Part shown: one piece after another, positions 25,901-37,900 of the stretch
Position numbering within the stretch: position 1 is the first letter of the stretch
Layout: every line of letters starts with the position of its first letter
Assembly (NCBI GenBank): GCA_965637545.1
Contig: OZ281499.1
Location: forward strand, 16,182,001-16,246,000
Length of the DNA stretch: 64,000 nucleotides
From: Phallusia mammillata
Lineage: Eukaryota
Direction: 5' to 3'
Made by a program: the position numbers and the translations under genes
The notes under the pieces: model-generated
The model's input: the letters and a program-made list of their open reading frames with translations, nothing else
Told to the model about the DNA's origin: nothing
Databases searched by the model: none

Positions 25901-28900
25901 TTAGGCAAACTATCTGGTATTTAGGCAAACTGTAAATAATTAGTATTACTATACATTGAAATGCATTCGAAAACTTTCAGTCTTTCAAAATATTTTAAGT
26001 TCTGTTGGCCATGTTTTCGTATTTTTTTTGTAAAAAATCCTTTTTGTATTGAATTTTATTGTATTTTTCACTTGTGGTATTGCGGCGTTTACTCGTTTAG
26101 ATAAATTTACGGCCATTATGTAGTGAACAAAAAAGCAAACAAAGACGATTTCACAAAAGTGTCACTTTATCTTAAAAAATCTTTTTCAATAGTTCAGCCC
26201 CAATAAAAAGTCTAGCGGTCTCTAATCATTTAATCTTTATGTAGCTGTGCTGTATCTCGAGGAGTATTTCACCTTTTTTACAGTTATATCTATGGTGAGC
26301 GAGTACGAGGAGCGGCTCATATTCGATTTGTGGTACCTGTCGGAGTTGAAGGGAGTTCCGAAACCCGCACAACGCACATCATCACTAGAAACTCGTTTTC
26401 AGGAGAGTTTGTCGTTGATGAATCGATCGCTACTCTGGTGAGTTTAGTATTTATTTGAAGAAGATATACTGCATTTTTATTTACAAATTATGTTCAATAA
26501 GCTGCAGACAATAACTTCCTTAATTATGTCTGTTTTCAATGAATATGTCTTTCGAATGTTTGTAAACGTTTTTGTTCTGTATATAAGAGATTTTTTATTT
26601 TCACTTTGCAAAATCTTTTTCTTCAACAGAAAGGGTTTTAACAGCAATTACAATTTTTAAATAAGCTAAGCACGAAGGAAGATGAACAATTGTGGTAAAA
26701 TTGAATCTTTGACAACAGTAACTCCCCCAACTGAGCCTCGATTTTGAAAATTTTGCAATATACTTTGCTTTGTTCCTAAATCAACTTTGTTAAGCATGGC
26801 ATTTATTCATACAAATCAAAAACGGGGTTTAGGTTTAAACAATACGGGTTTGATGCATAATTTGACTCGTTCTGGCATTTTTACAGACCAACGGCGTTTC
26901 CGTGAACGAACTTATTGCGCGAAACTCTCGACTTATGATCGAAGTATCTGTGACAGACAGAGCACAAGGAAATACGCGCACAATCCACGATAGCAGTGTC
27001 CTGTTCACCAGCACCCCTGTTGTGCTGGGTTTCGGCTACACACCTGAATATTATAAACCTGGTCTCACTTTTACATTACAGGTGATAATTAGTCTGATCT
27101 GTACATTTTGGTTAATTAAGCATGATGAATGTTTTACATACTTGCACAATCAATTTATTATGCTTAATTTGAATATGATATTGAGGGGAAAAAGGCATGG
27201 CTTAAAAAAAATATCTACTGTTCAAATCCGCTTAGCTTACGTGTTTACGTAATGAACACGTTTTATTTGGTGTTTTAAATTTTTTTGTCAGAAGAAATTA
27301 AAGTAGCTAGGGACGCATAGCATATGCTATTGAACAACACTTGTATAGAACCGTTATTGTACAGGACGCATATTAGGTAACGCTTTTGCATTGTTGCTCT
27401 AAATTTACAGATCACAGCAAAGTACATTGATGGAAGTGTTGCTCCTAATGTTCGTGTGAATCTTGCCACTACAGCAGTACGAACGGATGGCCAAACTATA
27501 CAAGTCCACCAAGACAACCAGTTGGTAATTCCCTTTTTTATTGACTGGTGACTCATTTAGCTTGGACTCCTTGCAACTGAAATTAAATATTCGATTTTAA
27601 ATTTGAACACCTTGGCGCCAAGGCATTGATTGCTTAAAAGTAAATAATATGTAGTTTTCTCGAATATATTTCACATATGCACTACATCAAAAATTTGCTA
27701 TTATTTCTTATGTCCGAATGTGATTGCTAAACTGAAACGAATACTTCATTGCATATATGTATATTGTCATTTTTTTGTGTTTAAAAATTTTATCATTTTT
27801 TTTCAGGTACTGCCTATATATACCAAACCAAAACTAATTGTTGTTAAAAAAGGCTGGTTTGCTACTATAACAACACCGTTTGCCACTTTGCCTGGTACTA
27901 GAACAAGCTGTTTAAAAATCGTAGCGCACGACTTTGCAAGACGGTATACACGATTCGGTTGATTCGGCAGATTTTATTCGGCAAAACTGCCCAATATCCG
28001 GTTTCAGTCTGAAACCAATTTAGCATATTATGTGCATCACTACTTCATATACCGCAGTGTTAGTAAAGTCAGAAATTTAGAATTTTTTTAACTGATTAGG
28101 GAACTAGAGGAATTAAGTGGATATTTTAACAAAAGTTACGAAAAAACAAAATTATGTTAACATTTTGAAACGTTGTCTGCAGCTTATTATCATTTTGCTT
28201 ATTTAGGCAATTTGTTTTAAAATATAGCACAGGGTGTTTATATTTCGTTTTCCTAAATAAGCTCAAACTATTTTTTTGGTTCAGACTTGTGATGACGACG
28301 GGTCGTTGTTGGTGCATTTCGATTCCCCTACAAACGCTGGTGCGATGTTAATAATGGCCACTGGAGTGTACACGTCGAACGGCCAAAGTTATCCCACCTC
28401 GGCTGAAAAATTCATTAATCCTCAGGTTTGTCAGTAATCAATTAGTTACAAGTGACAGTGTTTTTGCAAACGGATCTTGAGGAGCTAAACAAATCAGCCT
28501 TGTTGTCAAAATCAATGCATTTGGTACGTAATTAGAGGGCCGCAAGTAGAAATACTCATATGCACTGAAGGACTGAATTTACTATTTTATTCGACTGCAT
28601 GTTTTGAGACCAAAATGTTATCCAAAAAATCAATGGATTTACATCACAAAAGCCCAGACACATATTGACCTGCAATGATAATAATTAGCGTCTTATTTAG
28701 GACTATGCCAACCAGAGTCGACTCAATCAATGTATGCAAAGTGTTTATGCGGCCCGCTTGCCACGGCGTGGACCACCTTGAGCTTGCACATATGGTACTC
28801 GCTTTTCCTTTTGGAAGGGATTCACAATATATTTTTTCTGCAGACATCAGCATATGATGAACATATTCAGATCGTTCTTCCAAGATCGGATCTGGTAGTT

Positions 28901-31900
28901 GACGCTGCAGCCGCTATCGAAGTATACGTTACCCCGTCACCTAGGCAACGAACAGTAAGCAAAATATATTACAGATTCTAGCAGTAAATGAAAAGCAGTA
29001 GAAATCTAAATAACCTGAAGATTTGTTTTGAAACGGAATTGTTTTGAAACGGAATTGTTTTGAAACGTTGTGCGTTTCGTTGCGAAGTTTGACGCCATTA
29101 CTGCTTGCATAATTGATTTGAATTTACACTAGAAAAGGAAATCACCTAATCGATTCGACCAAATTACAATTCGATTACTAGACAAACAAATTGCTTGAGG
29201 CAGCTTACATTGAATAAAATCTGCTGGTCGAAATCGTTTTCTGCGACTTAAATATTAAAGTTTTAAATATATATCAGCGTTCTTTTTAATACCTCTTTAA
29301 TGGATAGATAAATTGTCATTTGCTTGTTATAGGCAGAAACTATTAAAAAGTCCTTTATTTGCAGATTGTATACACTGTTACGGCAAAGGAGGACGTTTTA
29401 GTGGAGGGCAAGGTCGTCGTGTCTGCTAACGAAAATCAGGCGGTAATTCGTTTGCACGTGACCAGTCAAATGTCGCCACGCTCTCATATTACTGCGTATT
29501 ACGTCACACCGATCAGTTCAGGTTTGTACATTTGTCAGTTGATGGTTTTCTCCAACACTCATTGCGCTCCAGGCCTATTGAAGTTGTAATACTAAATTTA
29601 ACCGCCTTCCGAACCGAATTAAACCGAAATAAATGTCCTGCGCTGGGATTTGAATCCAAGACTGCTGGTCTGCAGCAGGACGGGCTGGTCCCAGTAATAA
29701 GTTTAAGTTTATCTCAGCTATTTTGTGCAATAAAGTGGTTTATGTTTTCCGTCAAAAGATATAACAAAAGCAAACGGCAAACGTTCAAATAGTGTTATCT
29801 TGCCAAAAGTTGCTCATTTTTCACAATACTGCCATGGTTTGTGAATGTAGGTAACGCTTTGCAGCACACATTAAATTTTTATCAGGAGGATCTTACATCA
29901 CTGCTGACTCTGCGGTGCTCCGTGTGGTGGAAACTTGTCAAGGAACAAATCCAGAACTGCAAATCAACTTTCCTGGGGACCTACTTCCTTATCCAGGCCA
30001 AGAGGTAAGAACTCCATTTTTTACATTGAAAGATGATAGTTGGTAGCATGCATAGAGCTGGGTGCATAACTTTTCCTGAAACGTAAAGCTTTTCATAAAT
30101 CTTTAGCAAACAAGTTTCAACGATTTTACTTTCAACATTTTGTAAACATATAATAAGGAGCGTATATATTTTTTGATCAACAAAACAATATAAATTAAAC
30201 GATTGTTTGGAACACTGTTCATACACGATCTGTTCATAAGTTTAATGACGAATATAACGGCCCAAATAGACGTAAAAACGACATGAAAAATTAACCTCGC
30301 GTGCCAACGTTTTTCTAAATAATAGTGGTTCGTGCCAGCAGATATCAGTAAACCAGAGTGTTTTGTGCACGTAAGGCTGAATTTTATAACAATGGCATGA
30401 TAAAAACTATAAACAAGCAGTGTAACGGGTTTAACTGTCACTTCAATATAAACACGCGAATCTGTTGGCGTGCCATGAAAAACCACCTCGCGTGCCAAGG
30501 TTGGCACGCGTGCCAGGGTTGCCGATCTCTGTAATAAAGTATGTCGCTTTTTACGTCTATTTGGGCCGTTATAGTCATGATTAAATTTAAACAATTATAT
30601 TTTGTCTTTTGTTGATATTTAAATGTGACAGAGCTGATCAAATCATTCTAATGGTCCATATACCCAAGCAATATTTTTCTGTTGAGTATTAAAATAAACG
30701 AGCTTACTGCAACCTACCACAAAGAAACCTACTATCTCTTAAGCTTGAAATCGGTGTCAGAGGTCATCCATCGGCTTATGTCGGCCTCACTGGTGTCGAT
30801 GTCGCTGCTCTGTCGCTGAGGAAAGATTTCTTGGGTGAAAACGAGAGTTCTTCGTCCAACTCGAGGTCAAACACCTTTAACATCCTCCGCTCATTTTCCC
30901 TGGAATGCAAATCCCTGTCTATTCCATCACCACAGTATGCGTTTAATGCCGTCGGTAAGTGTTAATTTATGGCTGCCAATAAATAAGTTTTTTTAAGTAA
31001 GTATTTGGAATTCTACGCCAGTCCCATTGAAGGCACCATACCGCATCAGCCGACAACCAAGTATTTACCAGCATATGGCAAGGCGTAGGCTGGAAAAATC
31101 TAGCCTGCGGTGGGACTCGAACCCACTCCTGTTGTGGGTTCGAATACTGTGATTTAAAAATTAGTGGGCCGTGATCGCTGGTTTGCATAGACGATTCAGG
31201 GCTGATCCCAGTTATGAATTTATGTTCATATTATTTGGAATTCTATTTTAGCTCATAGTACATAGTTATCATCAAATTGAGAATACCGTACAGTGCAGTA
31301 ATACAATTACTGCAGGTCGAACTCTTGCCTCCTCCGTCACCAATGGCGTCATCGATGCGAGCAGTTCAACGTGTGGTGATGTCACTGCGAAACGTCGAAG
31401 AAAAAGAGATTTGTTTGGAGATTCTCAGATGATGATACAAAAAGGTAAGAATGGCGTCACAAAGTGTGCTAAGTAACGTCACATTTAAGTAATTGCGATG
31501 ACGTCATTGAAAAAAGTGAATTGTTTTCAGTTTTTTAACGTCATATTAATTTATATCGGCATGTGGCAAAACCCATAACAACCACCTAGTGACGTAGGAG
31601 TAACAATGCAAGACAAAATAATATTTCTATGTCCACAACTTATTTTTGTGTAGCCGAAAGATACTATGGAAGTGTTTACGAATGTTGCGAGATCGGCTCG
31701 TTGGACGTATCAAGCGTTGTGAATATACCGAGCGGCGAAAACTATTGTGAAGAACGCAGGCGGTCCTTGTCTCTGACAGAAGAATGTGAAAAAGCATTTA
31801 TGTCGTGTTGTAAAGAGGCTCAGTGTCGAAGACAAAACACCAATAATGTGGAAAGATGTGTATCTGAGTAAGTCATTTTTATATGTCATTCAAATCTGTA

Positions 31901-34900
31901 TCTAAAAATAGACAAAAAGTAATACTGCTGTATGTAAATTTGACCAATAATAGAAGTTCTTAGAAGGCTTTCGAAAAAATAATTGCTGCTGTTTTTTAAA
32001 ATACCTAAATAACTTCTTTGAATAAAAAAGTATGTAATTTGAAGTATGTACCTGTGCCTTTAAACTTTACACAATGACGTGTTGGTTTGTGCAGTGACAT
32101 CAGGGCCAGGGGAGTTTTTCTCGTCCCGGGGTCAAACAGGGTCGGAACCCCGATCGAAGTGCAGAGAACTGAACCGTGGTTACGAAGAGATTTTGATGAA
32201 ACCTGGTTTTCTGTTGACTTCAGACTTGGGTGAGTTAAAATCGTTTCAAGGGTTGAATTGAATGTGTTTTTGTCAAGTGCGAGTACCGGAAAAACTCCTG
32301 TCCAGGGTTCGAATCCCACCACAGTCTAGATTTTTCTAGCCTACGCCTTGCCATATGGGAATGCTTGGTGACAGGCTAATTCTTTATCATTCATTCAATG
32401 GGCCAGGTGTACTGTGATCTACATTTGAGTATGGCGTGATTGCTGGTCAATAGACGCTTCAGGGCTGACACCAGTTATGAATTTAGGTTCAACTTAACTG
32501 ATTATCGACTTGTTATTAACCTAAAATGGGCTGTGCAACTCTTATCACTGATTGGTTATATATATGTGATATACAATTAACATATTTAGACGGCGGGGCA
32601 CACCTTCATATATTTCAAAATATCATTAGGCCTGCCTTGTTGAGTAACAAACACGCTTACATTGAGTTAACAACATCTAGTAAAATTTGCAATTGATTCT
32701 AAGCGCATTGTTTGGTTGCAGGAAAAAAGCCCCGGGCGCATTAATTTGCTTAAACAACAAAATATGAAATGGTATTCCTCCCTTTCACGCGAACTAAAAT
32801 GGTTTAGCTGGCCATATAGTATTTAAAATCCAAATGTCTCCGCGGGCCACACAACCTTTGCTCAAGCAGCATCAGGCCCGCCCGTCGCAGGTTGCCTGTT
32901 GCTGAAAGATTTTAGAAGGGAAACACTTTTTCACCTTCTTGCCTCTTTAACGACATGGTGCACTTTGAAGTAAATGTGATAATATGAAATACCAAAACAA
33001 CTTAACTACTCATGCCAGGGGGAAAAAAATGGAAGTCTCGAATAAAAAAACGAGAAATTTTCATTAATTTTCTTTTTAACTCCTGTTGTTGTTTAATTTG
33101 TAGATCAAGAGGTTATACAACTCTGAACGGAACAAGCAGCCCAAGGATTCCACCACTTCCACATAGCATCACCTCGTGGTCGGTTGGTCTGTTTAGTTTG
33201 TCCCCGGTAGGTGGCGTAGCAGATCCAGATATGTTTCGTATTGCAAGATATACACTGATTTAAAATAAGTCCTTAAAGAAGGCTATACTGATTTTGAGCC
33301 GAGCCTCGACATTTTCAAACACTTTGATTTCCAGTAAAGTGTACAAAAATCGTATTTTGAAACTGTCAAGTCTGTTACGCACAAAGTTGTACTTTTTATC
33401 GGACTTTTTGTTCCTTTTTTTATAATTAGGACCCATTTCTGTCATATTTAATTAGCCTTAATTTGCACGAATATGTATGCTTACAACCAACAAGGTATGT
33501 ATATATATATGCTGCGTTTATTCCGTAGATCCTCATGTAGGCCTACGAAAATAATTTATTCTTGAAACTTATAACTTTAGTTGTACTTGTTACAGGAGAA
33601 CGGTATGTGTGTGATGGACCCATTTGTATTCAACGTCGAACATGCAATATTTATGGAGGTTTCTATACCAACTCGGCCTGTAGTGAGAGGAACAAAAGTT
33701 TCGGTGGAAGTTACAGTGTTTAGCTATATCGAAAGCAGAGTTACTGTAAGTATTAAATTATTTTGCAGCAAAGTTGGTATTGAGGATTTTTAATGTGATT
33801 TTTATGAACTAAATGATATTATAAAACACAGGATAGCTACAGTGGGTCCATATGACATAAAGGACACACAAGTTGTTTAAAATTTTGAAAACCTTACATA
33901 AGCAAAACTATAGGAGGTCAAATGGTTAATTGACTGGAAACGCTTGACCTTTTATTAGACATTAAACTAAATACCCCAATCGGGATACGTTTATGGTAGC
34001 GTAATGGGTTTAAATTTGACCAAAAAATAAACAAGGCATTTTGACTTCAGGCGACAATCGACATCGAGTCAACAGAAGGACTTTGCGGGAGTAAAACACC
34101 CGGAAGCTCGCCGGAAAATATAAACATTAACCCTTCCTCGGGCGGCATCCCCTCCTCTGAATTCCTTCGCTTTACTGTTATACCAGTTATAACCGGAGAT
34201 CTAAAAGTCAAGGTAAAACACTTATACAAAAAATCAAATGTTGAACCAAAATTCACAGCGTGTTTTGTCATTTAATCTCGTAGGTACAAACATTTTTACT
34301 GTGAAAGTCATCTAAAATATGTCTATGTGCTATTGGTCAATCTGTTATAAAAAATAACGCAGTGTATTCTACAATATGGGTTTTATTCTCAACGTTAAGT
34401 CGTATACATTGCCAAAGTTTGGTAATTAAAACTTTAAAATGGCCAAACTACTGGTAATTAAAACTTTAAAATGGCCAAACTACTGGTAATTAAAACTTTA
34501 AAATGGAACCTCTCAATCCATTGCTTGGGGTGAAACCCAATGATTCTTTTGAAATTATAGGATATTCAATATATGAAGGTACTCCAAAAAACGTTTATTC
34601 CAAAATCCTAAGCACAGATGGTTTTTTGTGAACTGAAAACTATCATTTAAATATATGCTACACTGCCCTTGTTTTCCAGGTTATTTTAAAAAAGAGACAG
34701 CACGGTGAAAGAAAACCATCGTTTGTGGACAAAGTTGTAAAAGTTCTTCAAGTGATTCCGGAGGGCGAGAAACAGCGAAAGGTCGAGTGGATACTGGTGG
34801 ACACGAAAACGACAAGAAAACGCAGACAACGACCTTCTTCTTCGACTACCACTAGAACTAATAAGAAAATTAAACTTGGGTTTCCATCGAACGCTATACC

Positions 34901-37900
34901 AGGAACGGAAAAGGTAAGGTTTTATTAATTACAGGTACCATTTTGCATCCGAGTTGTTTTTTACTTGATCAGAGTTTTATTGATTCTCAAATCGAGCGAA
35001 ACCTAAAAAATGTTAGCTTTTTTATTAGCAGATATTTTTTTAAAATGTTGCTTATAACATTTCATACTATGTTATAATACAGCTTTCTATGTTATAACAC
35101 AGAATTCTTTGGATTACTTATTTTTGTTTTAGCTCAAAAGTCAGTAAGTGTACAGCATAACCTATAAAAACGTTACTGCTGTAAAGCAATATATCGTGTC
35201 CAACTTGTGACTTTTTAGGCTACTATGCATTTGCACGGAGTCAGTTCAGCTGCCACTAAAAGTCCGACACCAAACGACGATGATGCAACGATTGCGCCGT
35301 ATTTGTATTCACTGCAATCCGCCTCTGTTAAGTAAGTATTCCTCATAAATACTCCTTATACAAGGGAGAACTAAACGATAAAATTTGGGTGGAACATAGG
35401 GGGTTACAGAAAATAATGTAACTCTTAATTTGAAAACAGGCTTTGCTGGGACCTTCTCAAATTCCATGTAACAAAACTAACTTAGTTATAAAGACTAGAC
35501 TAACTTTGCTTGATTGCTTTAAGCCTACTTTTACAACTCATGCCCATATACTCAAATGCAAATCCGATTTGTAGATTGGAGTATCTTCGACGTAACAACT
35601 TGCTCAATGGTCGCAACGCAAAGATTGACAGTTTAACGACCGAAGCTCAGAATGCTTATGAGGGATTGCTTTCGTTTATGCACGATCGAAACGCCGACAA
35701 ACCATTCACAGGTAAAAAAAATAACAAGTTTATTTTAGCATTTTGTGCCAAAACTTGTGGATTACTGATTGCGTAAATAATTCAAATTTACCCACAAGTT
35801 AGTTGTCAAAAGTTGATCCTCCCAAAGTTTGACCCAGAGGGTACCCATCATGGTAGTAAGTCAAATGGTCTGTATAGTTAGTTGGTAAATATAATATATA
35901 AAATGGAAATATGTGGAAAGACCACCTTTCTAGTTATATTTATTTTTTGCACTTGGTGACCACTAATTAGTTTAACGTTTTTGTCTTTCTTTGTTGGTTA
36001 AAACCAAGCTGAACGGGATTGGAACTCATAACAGAGCACTTGCGCTAACCACTCGACTATCTTGAAAATAATTCCTTCCATATGCTTTGTAATTTACTAA
36101 ACTTGCAGTAAAATTGTTACGTTTTTTTTGCAGCACAGCCCAGACCGCCACTGATTGGATTCTCATTCTCACCAACTCGGGCTTCGAAACCGGATTTATG
36201 GCTTACTAGCGTCACCTTGCGGTTGCTGGTGGAAACAGCGCAGTTAATCAACCCAGACCAAGTAAAATATTTTTGTTAGTAGTTTGTAGCCGAGTTGTAA
36301 GCTCGCCCGAAATTCGAGCCAGCACCCGAAAGTATAAGCCCGAAGCGAATGTGACAGCCCGTTTAAGCCCAGAAGTTTGATTAACATGGCAACTTAACAG
36401 TGTACAAAAGTACAAGTGTACAGAATGTAACAATAGACATTGGATTTAACACGACTCCTAGGGCTGTATGACATTGGGATAAGTCCAACTAGCCACTTAA
36501 CTGGGTAATTTTTTTATAATTACGGACACAAGTCCGTTCGATGAAAAAAGCCCAAACTCAGCTCAAATCCGACCCGAAAATCCTAGCCTGAGTTACAACT
36601 CTAGCTTGTATGACAAACATATCTAGAAGGTAGCTTCAGACGATATAGTTAAAAACAATTATAATTTCAATTTTACGTTTTAATGGAATATGCCAGAAAC
36701 ATCAAACTGTTTTAAACAAGCTACGGTTTGGGATTTAGTATGCATCAGCGATTAATATATTTGCCTGTATTTTGACGGTCTTGTTTATTTCGAAAAATCT
36801 TATCTTTTTCTAGAACATTCTGACTGGTTCTTTGAACTACGTTATGTCACATCAAGTAAAATTGCGTCGCTCTCTCTACTACGCAGGGTCGCCAGTGGCA
36901 ACTTCACGCAGACGAAGATCTGCTTGCAGCGATATCACGTAAAATACAATTGCAAATATTAGCACTGTTGGACTCACATTTTAATTGCATACAACACACA
37001 TTCTAAACTAAAACTATTTTGCCCCAAAAAGAATAGTAAAAAGCAGTTTGAAGCAATGTAATTACCTTTCATAGTTCTTTTTTTAGCACGGCTGTGGTGA
37101 TAACGAATTCTCTGTGTTTTGTGATAATGGACGGTATCATTATCCTTTGCTATGTTTTGATACGCAGGCAAAAATCGGATCGTAAAATTTGCCGACAACG
37201 CAGAAGAATTTCCAAGAGAAATTTGCGGCTTCCAAATTTCAATGAACCTTTGGATCGAAAGGTGCAGGAATGTTAATCTTGTGTATCAAATACTATTTCA
37301 TTTGAGAATTTTTAGTAATTTAGGTTTTCGTAAAAAATGTTTTAGTTGTACTTTACTGTAAAAAACATAATGGACAAAACCCACACTTACAAGTAAACGT
37401 TTAGCAATACAGACACTTGTTGTTTGTGAGCATCTAATGGCCAAGCCAGACCATCATATAATAAAAAAACAAATATGCTTGGATAGTGTTTTTTATTATT
37501 CTGGTTTAAAGCCACAAATACAATTTAGAATAAGAACGTTTTTGAATTTTTATAACCAAAAATTTGCAACGACGCTGTACGAAATAATTCCTAGGTTAAA
37601 ATGCATACATAACTTCGTTTACAATGTGAAAAAACATAGTTTTTTTGTCATACTCGTTATACTGTGCTTATACTGTATTATACTTGTGGCAGTTGTGTTT
37701 AGAGGGGATGTATCTTTACGTTTAAGATTTTGCGACCTTTTAGAGATCTCTTTCGCTTTGCCAAACTTTGTATTGTTTGACAGATTTACAGAACTTCCGT
37801 AATAACATCAGAATTGGACGCGGTTCGTAAAGCGTACACTGATTGGTCAAGCGGAACAAGACAACCAATCAGCACTGACAACGAAATCGACAGGTAATGT

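Noticed and set aside
37087-37180. GCGDN in an alternative frame of C3-like exon 26 (HGCGDNEFSVFC...), superficially like the thioester GCGEQ
   Set aside because: Wrong phase for the upstream donor, ends in a stop, lacks the Gln, and is far from the thioester position.
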